A DNA stretch of 64,000 nucleotides, from positions 1,827 to 65,826 of the forward strand of contig NZ_JAPZSP010000019.1 of the NCBI RefSeq assembly GCF_027531705.1, given 5' to 3'. Shown one piece after another: positions 56,945 through 64,000 of the stretch; position 1 is the stretch's first letter; every line of letters begins with the position of its first letter. The translations under genes were made by a program, and so were the position numbers. Under the pieces are notes generated by a model, which was not told the DNA's origin, did no database searches, and worked only from the letters and a program-made list of their open reading frames with translations. The stretch is from Flavobacterium sp. GTDB lineage: Bacteria > Bacteroidota > Bacteroidia > Flavobacteriales > Flavobacteriaceae.

Positions 56945-58402
56945 TTGAGTTTATACAAAAATCTTTTTAAGCAAACAGTCATTTACGGTCTAGCAACAGT
57001 TTTGCCTAGAATGATTAGCTTTTTACTAAATCCGTTATATACCAAAGTTTTACCCAAACAAGAATTTGCCGACGTTTCCATCATTTTTGCATGGTTAGTT
57101 TTCTTCAATGTAATTTTATCTTACGGAATGGAAACCGCTTTTTTTCGATTTTACAACACCGAAGAAAATAAGAAAAACGTAATTGCAACCGCCACAATTT
57201 CACTTTTTTGGACATCATTAGCCTTTCTTTTCATTGCATTATTAAATAGAAAATCATTATCACACTGGGCAAACGTCGATGTCGAATATATCACGTACAC
57301 CATTTGGATATTAGTTCTAGATGCACTTGCCATCATTCCGTTTTCTAAACTACGTGCCAACAAAAAGCCAATGGTTTATGCTGCAATCAAAATCGGAAAT
57401 GTATCGCTAAACTTTGCTTTAAATCTATTCTTTTTATTGCTTTTGCCACAATTAGCGAAGTCCAATCCAAGCGGATTTTTCAACACAATTTTTTATGAAA
57501 ATTTCGAAGTTGGCTATATTTTTGTTTCAAGTTTAATTGCCAGTTTACTAACATTTGTGGTCGTTTCTCCCGATTATTTCAAAATAAAATGGCATTTCGA
57601 TTTTTCTCTTTGGAAAAAAATGATTCAATACGGTTTCCCAATCCTAATAGCCGGAATCGCTTTTGCCATCAACGAACATTTCGATAAAATCCTACTTGAA
57701 TGGCTCAAAGTTCCAAAAGCCGATATCGGAGCCTACTCAGCTTGTTACAAAATCGGAATGTTCATGGTGCTTTTTCGTACGGCATACACATTGGGTATCG
57801 AACCGTTTTTCTTCAGTCATGCCAGCAATGAAAATGCACAACAAACCTATGCAACCATCACAAAATATTTCGTAATATTTGGTTCGTTCATAACCTTATT
57901 CGTAATCGCTTTTGTCGATTTGTTCAAACATTTGCTAGTACCAAATCCCGATTATTGGGATGCAATCAAAGTCGTTCCGCTTATCGTTTTAGCCAATTTC
58001 TTCCTGGGAATTTATACCAATTTGTCCGTTTGGTACAAACTTATTGACAAAACCAAAATCGGCGCTTATATTTCAATTATCGGCGCATTTGTGACACTAG
58101 TTTTAAACTTTTTGCTAATTCCATCCATCAGCTATTACGGTTCAGCAGTAGCCACAATTGCCGCTTACGGAACTATGATGGTCATTTCCTATCAACTTGG
58201 ACAAAAAAAATACCCAATTCCATACGATTTGAATAAAATCGGCAGTTATCTCGGACTCACAATTCTCTTTTCGGCAATCGCTTTTTATATTCCGTACATC
58301 AGAGATAATTATTTCATCAAAATCGGATTAGTGCTAACATTTCTATATTTCATTTATTACAGCGAAAAACAAACATTACTCTCAATTTTAAAAAGAAAAT
58401 AG
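56945..58402 (+). CDS. Polysaccharide/oligosaccharide flippase (MOP superfamily)
   Basis: QT.IYGL..VLPR, YGMETAFFRF, IEPFFF, NLSVWYKL; TTG start after TATTTTTG at 56913-56920. Confidence 0.85.
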   Translation: MSLYKNLFKQTVIYGLATVLPRMISFLLNPLYTKVLPKQEFADVSIIFAWLVFFNVILSYGMETAFFRFYNTEENKKNVIATATISLFWTSLAFLFIALLNRKSLSHWANVDVEYITYTIWILVLDALAIIPFSKLRANKKPMVYAAIKIGNVSLNFALNLFFLLLLPQLAKSNPSGFFNTIFYENFEVGYIFVSSLIASLLTFVVVSPDYFKIKWHFDFSLWKKMIQYGFPILIAGIAFAINEHFDKILLEWLKVPKADIGAYSACYKIGMFMVLFRTAYTLGIEPFFFSHASNENAQQTYATITKYFVIFGSFITLFVIAFVDLFKHLLVPNPDYWDAIKVVPLIVLANFFLGIYTNLSVWYKLIDKTKIGAYISIIGAFVTLVLNFLLIPSISYYGSAVATIAAYGTMMVISYQLGQKKYPIPYDLNKIGSYLGLTILFSAIAFYIPYIRDNYFIKIGLVLTFLYFIYYSEKQTLLSILKRK

Positions 58403-58419
58403 TATTTTTACGAAGCTAA

Positions 58420-58490
58420 TCCCGCTATACGTTACAATCTTTCCTTTTTTAAAGAAAAAAAGAAAAGGATTTCCACTACTATCGGGGCTA
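58420..58490 (+). repeat. 71-bp dispersed hairpin repeat, copy 2
   Basis: 64/71 identical to 7376-7446. Confidence 0.9.
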
Positions 58491-58525
58491 GGGCATCATT
58501 TTTAAAAACAAATTTATCACAAAAA

Positions 58526-58960
58526 ATGACCATAAAAATCATCAACAAATCACAACACGATTTACCCAATTACGAAACAATCGCTTCGGCAGGAATGGAT
58601 TTAAGAGCCAATATTGCTGAACCAATAACACTAAAATCGCTCGAAAGAACCATCGTAAAAACGGGACTTTTCATCGAGTTACCAATTGGTTACGAAGCAC
58701 AAGTGCGACCACGTAGCGGATTGGCTGCCAAAAAAGGAATCACAGTATTAAACTCTCCAGGAACAGTCGATGCCGATTACCGTGGCGAAATTGGAGTAAT
58801 TTTAGTAAATTTATCCAATGAAGATTTTGTAATAGAAAACGGCGAAAGAATCGCCCAACTAATAATCGCCCAACACGAACGCGCCGAATGGATAGAAGTA
58901 CAAGAACTATCCGAAACATCAAGAGGCGAGGGCGGTTTTGGAAGTACAGGAGTGAAATAG
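58526..58960 (+). CDS. dut: dUTP diphosphatase
   Basis: [37 protein letters not shown]. Confidence 0.98.
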   Translation: MTIKIINKSQHDLPNYETIASAGMDLRANIAEPITLKSLERTIVKTGLFIELPIGYEAQVRPRSGLAAKKGITVLNSPGTVDADYRGEIGVILVNLSNEDFVIENGERIAQLIIAQHERAEWIEVQELSETSRGEGGFGSTGVK

Positions 58961-59055
58961 TGAGCAGTGCTCAGTCGCAGTAAGCAGTTTAAAAGTAAAT
59001 ATTTAAAGTATACAGTTAAGTCTTAATACTTAATACATAAATCTTAATACTAAAA
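58961..59055. repeat. Degenerate heptamer arrays between dut and the nucleotidyltransferase gene
   Basis: TGAGCAG TGCTCAG TCGCAG TAAGCAG, then TCTTAAT ACTTAAT ACATAAA TCTTAAT ACTAAAA. Confidence 0.7.
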
Positions 59056-59056
59056 A

Positions 59057-60067
59057 ATGAAAATAATAGTACCTATGGCAGGTCGTGGTTCAAGATTACG
59101 CCCGCACACATTAACAATACCAAAACCATTAATTCCTATCGCAGGAAAACCAATCGTTCACCGTTTGGTCGAAGATATTGCAGGTGTTTTAAACCTAGAC
59201 ATCGAAGAAGTAGCTTTCATCATTCACGAAAGTTTTGGTAAAAAAGTAGAAGAAGAATTAATTGCAATTGCACAAAAATTAGGAGCAAAAGGAACCATTT
59301 ATTATCAAAACGAAGCTTTAGGAACAGGTCATGCTATTATGTGTGCTAAAGATTCTTTGAGTGGTCCAGCCGTTATTGCTTATGCTGACACACTTATTCG
59401 TGCCGATTTCGATTTAGATAAAACAGCCGATAGCGTTATTTGGGTAAAACAAGTGGATCAACCAGAAGCTTTTGGAGTGGTAAACCTAAATGCAAATGGA
59501 GAAATAATTGAATTAGTCGAAAAACCAAAAGAATTCGTTTCCGATTTAGCTGTTATTGGAATATACTATTTTAAAGATGTTGCCGTTTTAAAAAATGAGT
59601 TGCAGTCAGTTCTTGATAACAATATTATTCATGGTGGCGAATACCAAATTAATGACGGTATCAAACAAATGATGGCAAAAGGCATGAAATTTGTACCAGG
59701 AAAAGTAGATGAATGGATGGATTGTGGCAACAAAGATGTAACCGTTGACACCAACAACAGAATGCTGAATTTCTTGCACAACGATGGTGAACATCTTATT
59801 GATTTTGATGTGAAACAAGAAAATTCAACTATCATTCCGCCGTGTTATATTGGCGAAGATGTTGTTTTGATTAACGCTACGGTTGGTCCAAATGTGTCAT
59901 TAGGAAAAGGTTGTCATGTAATTGATAGTACAATCAAAAACAGTTTGATTCAAACACATGCACATATAAAAAATGCCAATTTAGACAATGCAATGATAGG
60001 AAATCATGCTAGTTTTGATGGTAATTTTACAAGTATAAGTATTGGAGATTATTCGGTTTTAGAATAA
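59057..60067 (+). CDS. Sugar-phosphate nucleotidyltransferase family protein
   Basis: PMAGRGSRLRPHT...PKPL, WMDCG, C-terminal left-handed beta-helix. Confidence 0.9.
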   Translation: MKIIVPMAGRGSRLRPHTLTIPKPLIPIAGKPIVHRLVEDIAGVLNLDIEEVAFIIHESFGKKVEEELIAIAQKLGAKGTIYYQNEALGTGHAIMCAKDSLSGPAVIAYADTLIRADFDLDKTADSVIWVKQVDQPEAFGVVNLNANGEIIELVEKPKEFVSDLAVIGIYYFKDVAVLKNELQSVLDNNIIHGGEYQINDGIKQMMAKGMKFVPGKVDEWMDCGNKDVTVDTNNRMLNFLHNDGEHLIDFDVKQENSTIIPPCYIGEDVVLINATVGPNVSLGKGCHVIDSTIKNSLIQTHAHIKNANLDNAMIGNHASFDGNFTSISIGDYSVLE

Positions 60068-60074
60068 AAAGTAA

Positions 60075-61421
60075 ATGAAAAAAATAATTTTAGTTAGTTT
60101 GTTACTAGGAATGTTTTGCTTTCCGGCATCACTTTTGGCGCAAGCTGAACCAGAAGACATTGCTAGTAATGAAGACAAATTTCAAGATTCTTTCTATGAA
60201 GCTTTACGCCAAAAAGGAATTGAAAATTATGACAAAGCAATCGAAGCTCTTGAAAAATGTCAAAAAGAACAACCTAACAATGCAACCGTTTTCTTCGAAT
60301 TGGGCAAGAATTATTTTTATCTAAAAAACTATGATAAATCTTACGAAGCTTATGAAAACGCCACCAAAATCGACTCCAAAAACAGATGGTTTTGGCACGG
60401 AATGTATGATGTAACGTATGAAACCAAAGATTACAATAAATCAATAACGTTAGTTCAAAAACTGATTGAATTTAATGATTCTTACAAGGAAGATTTGGTT
60501 TCACTTTATATGTACACCAAGCAATATGACAAAGCATTATCGCTTATTAATGAACTAAACGAAACCATTGGAAAATCAGACAAAAGAGAATTATACAAAG
60601 CTGATATTCTTAGAGATGCCAAATACCAAGGTTCTGAAAAAGATAATTTAATTGCATTAATCAAGAAAAATCCAAAAGAAGAAGCCAATTATATTTCACT
60701 AATTTATTTGTATTCATCAAGCAATCAAGAAGAAAAAGCACTCGAAGTTGCCAAAGATTTAGAAAAAGAAATCCCAACTTCAGATTGGGCACAAGTAAGT
60801 CTTTTCAAATATCATTTGAGTAATAACGATGGCGAAAAAGCAATAAAATCAATGAATATTGTTTTGCCAAGTGCCAAAATTGATGCTAAAATAAAACATC
60901 GAGTTCTGAATGAATTTTTATTGTTTTCTAAAGACAAACCGCAATACGATGCCGATTTAGAAAAAGCCATTTCGTATTTTGACAACGACAAAGAAGTTAA
61001 AGTAAACAAAGAAATCGGAAAGTTTTTTTATGCCAAGAAAAATTGGAGTAAATCTGCTCGTTTTTTCGAAAATCATCTAAAAAACAATCCAGATGATATG
61101 GAAGCAACCCAACTTCTGTTGCAAGCTTACACCGAAAACAAACAATTTGATGTTTTAAGTAAAAAAGCAACCGAAACAATCGATTTATATCCAATGCAAC
61201 CACAATTGTATTATTATGCTGGGTTGGGCTATAATCAGGTGGCAAATTTCAAAAAAGCAAAAGAATTTCTCGAAATGGGATTGGATTATTTGGTAGATGA
61301 TATAGCTTTAGAAATCAATTTCAATATTCAATTGGGCGAGGCTTATGCTGGTCTTGGCGATACAAAGAAGAAAGAAACGTATTTTGCAAAAGCAGAAAAA
61401 TTATTGAAGCAAAAAAAATAA
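60075..61421 (+). CDS. Secreted tetratricopeptide-repeat protein
   Basis: Signal peptide and multiple TPR helices. Confidence 0.85.
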   Translation: MKKIILVSLLLGMFCFPASLLAQAEPEDIASNEDKFQDSFYEALRQKGIENYDKAIEALEKCQKEQPNNATVFFELGKNYFYLKNYDKSYEAYENATKIDSKNRWFWHGMYDVTYETKDYNKSITLVQKLIEFNDSYKEDLVSLYMYTKQYDKALSLINELNETIGKSDKRELYKADILRDAKYQGSEKDNLIALIKKNPKEEANYISLIYLYSSSNQEEKALEVAKDLEKEIPTSDWAQVSLFKYHLSNNDGEKAIKSMNIVLPSAKIDAKIKHRVLNEFLLFSKDKPQYDADLEKAISYFDNDKEVKVNKEIGKFFYAKKNWSKSARFFENHLKNNPDDMEATQLLLQAYTENKQFDVLSKKATETIDLYPMQPQLYYYAGLGYNQVANFKKAKEFLEMGLDYLVDDIALEINFNIQLGEAYAGLGDTKKKETYFAKAEKLLKQKK

Positions 61422-62185
61422 TGAAGAAATACCTAGCACTACTTTTACTTTTTACAATTGTTTCATGCAAAACCAAAGCTGTTTTAGCCGAAGGAACTGC
61501 AAGCAACACAATGTCTTCAGATAAAATTATCGAAAATCATTATAAAAACAAAACTGACTTTTCAACGTTATATATCAAAGCTGATGTTAATTATAAAGAT
61601 GAAAAACAAAGTCAAAATGTAACCGCCGAAATCAAAATTAAGAAAGACGAATTGATTTTGGTAAGTGTACGTTTTTTAGGAATTACAATGGCAAAAGGAT
61701 TGATAACACCTGAAGGCGTAAAGTATTACGAAAAAATGAACGGTAAGTTTTTCGAAGGAAATTACCAAACATTGAGCGATTGGCTAGGAACCGATTTAGA
61801 TTTTCAAAAAGTGCAAAATATGTTGATTGGTCAAGCATTAGACAACTTGAAAAAGAACAAATACAAATCAAGTTTAGAAGAAGGTTTGTATAAATTGGAA
61901 AGTTCTGATGCAACTATTGAAAAGAAATATTTTTTTGAAGCCTCTAAGTTTTTAGTAAAAAGACAACAAATCAATCAACCAGCCCAAAATAGAATGTTAG
62001 AAATTTTGTATGATGATTACAAAGAATATCCCGAAGCTAACTTACCAATTGGCTTGCTTGTTGAAGCAACTCAAGAAAAAGGAAAAACCAACATCAAAGT
62101 TGATTATAAATCGGTTACATTCAATGAAGAGCTTTCTTTTCCTTATAGTGTGCCATCTAATTACGAACAAATTTTTATTCACTAG
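61421..62185 (+). CDS. DUF4292-family lipoprotein (LolA/LolB-like fold inferred)
   Basis: Lipobox IVSC; LGITMAK.LITP; LG.DLDF..VQN.L.G. Confidence 0.75.
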   Translation: MKKYLALLLLFTIVSCKTKAVLAEGTASNTMSSDKIIENHYKNKTDFSTLYIKADVNYKDEKQSQNVTAEIKIKKDELILVSVRFLGITMAKGLITPEGVKYYEKMNGKFFEGNYQTLSDWLGTDLDFQKVQNMLIGQALDNLKKNKYKSSLEEGLYKLESSDATIEKKYFFEASKFLVKRQQINQPAQNRMLEILYDDYKEYPEANLPIGLLVEATQEKGKTNIKVDYKSVTFNEELSFPYSVPSNYEQIFIH

Positions 62186-62208
62186 ATTTGCATAAATATT
62201 TTTTGAGT

Positions 62209-63468
62209 ATGCCTAAATTTCTTTTAACTCTACTACTGATATTCGCTACTTCATTTTCATGGAGTCAAGATTCGCAACAAGAAAAACTAGAAAAGCGTAA
62301 AGCCGAAATTCAAAGAGAAATTCGCGAAAAAGAGGAAATGCTTAAAAAGGTAAAAAAGGAAGAAAAAACCGTTTCAAAACAATTGGCTATTCAAAATGAT
62401 AAGATTAATTTAAAAGTCAAATTAATCAATACAACTTCGCAACAAACCAAATTATTAGGTGATGATATTTACATCAATCAATTAAAAATTAATCGATTAA
62501 GAAGTGATTTAGAGATTTTGAAAAAAGACTATGCTCAAATGGTTGTTAAAGCATACAAAAGCCGTTCAACCCAAAGTAGAGCAATGTTTATTCTATCTTC
62601 TGAAAATTTTCAACAAGCCTACAAGCGTATTCAATATATGAAACAATACGCAAGTTATCGCAAGATGCAAGGCGACGAAATAAAAGAGAAAACCGAAAAA
62701 TTGACTGGTTATACTGAAAAAATTGTGGTTCAAAAAACCGAAAAAGAAAAGCTATTAAAATCTAATGAAGCCGAGAGAAAAGTGCTTGAAAAAGAAAAGC
62801 TAGTACAACAAGAAATTGCAAAAGCTATCAAGAAAAGCAAAGCTCAAATTACGGCTGAAATCAAGAAAAAACAACAAGAATCAAGACGTATTGATGGTCA
62901 AATTAACAAATTGATACGTGATGCGATTGCTGCTGCAAATAAAAAAGCGGCGGCTGCTAATGTAAAAGCGAATCCAAAAACAACAGCGGCAACAACAAAA
63001 GCAACCGAAACTTCAACCAAAATTGTCCTTACACCTGAAGCCAAAATGGCTGCTGATAATTTCAAAGCCAATAAAGGAAGATTACCATGGCCAGTTGAAA
63101 AAGGTTTTGTTTCGTTAGCTTATGGCGACCAACCGCATCCTGTTTACAACACTTTAATTGTTCATAATAGTGGTGTCGAAATTTCAACGGATCAAGGTTC
63201 TTCCGCAAGAGCTGTTTTTAGTGGTGAAGTTATAAGCGTAATGGTTCTTTCCCCAGTAAACAAAGCAGTAATGATTCAGCATGGTGACTATTTTACAGTT
63301 TACCAAAACTTGTCGAGTGTAAATGTTAGCAAAGGCGATAAAGTACAAACCAAGCAAACATTAGGAAAAATAAGAACCAATGGCGACACAGGGAAAACCG
63401 TTTTGAAGTTCATGATTTCTCAAAACACAACCTATAATAATCCAGCCAGTTGGTTGAGTAATATGTAA
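62209..63468 (+). CDS. envC: Murein hydrolase activator EnvC-like (coiled coil plus degenerate M23 domain)
   Basis: Long coiled coil; GRLPWPV; GVEI; HGDYFTVY.NL (no Zn ligands). Confidence 0.75.
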   Translation: MPKFLLTLLLIFATSFSWSQDSQQEKLEKRKAEIQREIREKEEMLKKVKKEEKTVSKQLAIQNDKINLKVKLINTTSQQTKLLGDDIYINQLKINRLRSDLEILKKDYAQMVVKAYKSRSTQSRAMFILSSENFQQAYKRIQYMKQYASYRKMQGDEIKEKTEKLTGYTEKIVVQKTEKEKLLKSNEAERKVLEKEKLVQQEIAKAIKKSKAQITAEIKKKQQESRRIDGQINKLIRDAIAAANKKAAAANVKANPKTTAATTKATETSTKIVLTPEAKMAADNFKANKGRLPWPVEKGFVSLAYGDQPHPVYNTLIVHNSGVEISTDQGSSARAVFSGEVISVMVLSPVNKAVMIQHGDYFTVYQNLSSVNVSKGDKVQTKQTLGKIRTNGDTGKTVLKFMISQNTTYNNPASWLSNM

Positions 63469-63502
63469 TAAAAATGGCTTCTATTTTAGAAGCCATTTTA
63501 AA

Positions 63503-64000
63503 TTATAAAAACAACGCTTTCAGCTCAGTAGCTTCATGCGGATTTAATTTGCCAGCTAAAACCAAGCTTAGTTGTTTTCTTCTTAAAGCGGCATCAAAAC
63601 GCGCTTTTTCTTCTTCTGTTTCTGGTATAATTTCTGGAACTTTTACTGGCGTTCCTGTTTCGTCAACAGCTACAAAAGTATAGATAGCTTCGTTGGCTTT
63701 AGTTCTTATTCCCGATTCTCTATCTTCTGTCCAAACGTCTAGAAAAATCTCCATTGAAGTTGTGAAGGCTCTTGAAACTTTAGCTTCCACCGTCACAACA
63801 CTTCCCAACGGAATAGAACGATTAAACGCAACGTGATTAACCGAAGCGGTTACGGTAATTCTTCTTGAATGTCTTCGGGCAGCAATACTAGCGGCTCTGT
63901 CCATTCGGGCAAGAAGTTCACCACCAAAAAGGTTGTTCAACGGATTGGTTTCGCTTGGTAAAACCAAATCGGTCAATATAGTCAATGATTCTGCAGGATG
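63503..64000 (-). CDS. Acyl-CoA thioesterase (hotdog fold); start lies beyond the window
   Basis: LVLPSETN...LFGG.LL..MD, VTASV..V.F. The frame stays open to base 64000 (HPAESLTILTD). Confidence 0.92.
   Translation of the reverse strand, partial: HPAESLTILTDLVLPSETNPLNNLFGGELLARMDRAASIAARRHSRRITVTASVNHVAFNRSIPLGSVVTVEAKVSRAFTTSMEIFLDVWTEDRESGIRTKANEAIYTFVAVDETGTPVKVPEIIPETEEEKARFDAALRRKQLSLVLAGKLNPHEATELKALFL

Noticed and set aside
1-64000. tRNA, rRNA, riboswitch or IS elements
   Set aside because: None recognised by eye; intergenic gaps are short and no transposase motifs were seen. A covariance-model scan was not run.

Overview
AT-rich Bacteroidota chromosome segment, most consistent with Flavobacterium (inferred from TAnnTTTG promoters, sprE, T9SS C-terminal domains and the short atp operon). 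The backbone is housekeeping: tatA, purD, upp, sprE, bactofilin, atpZ/I-atpBEFHAG, dut and an envC-like operon. It carries two surface-glycan blocks (wzz-like plus rmlACD at 10-13 kb; wzx to GT2 at 22.8-35.7 kb), a T9SS/LRR/kelch surface-protein cluster (17-22.7 kb) and a tandem pair of fibre-like adhesins (42.6-45.9 kb). No rRNA, tRNA, CRISPR array, transposase or integrase was recognised. Signals the ORF track does not explain: (1) a 43-codon hypE C-terminal relic; (2) two stand-alone AAA+/wHTH/PD-(D/E)xK genes, each with palindromic DNA over its promoter, one as 32-bp phased tandem repeats; (3) three small repeat families (a 25-bp element, a 71-bp hairpin and heptamer arrays), two of which sit in frame inside rmlD; (4) a duplicated, unrecognised domain with a 91-aa period fused to the OstA/LptA-like protein; (5) LRR paralogues with near-identical ends and divergent cores. 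Family and DUF names are recalled from sequence motifs, not from database searches.
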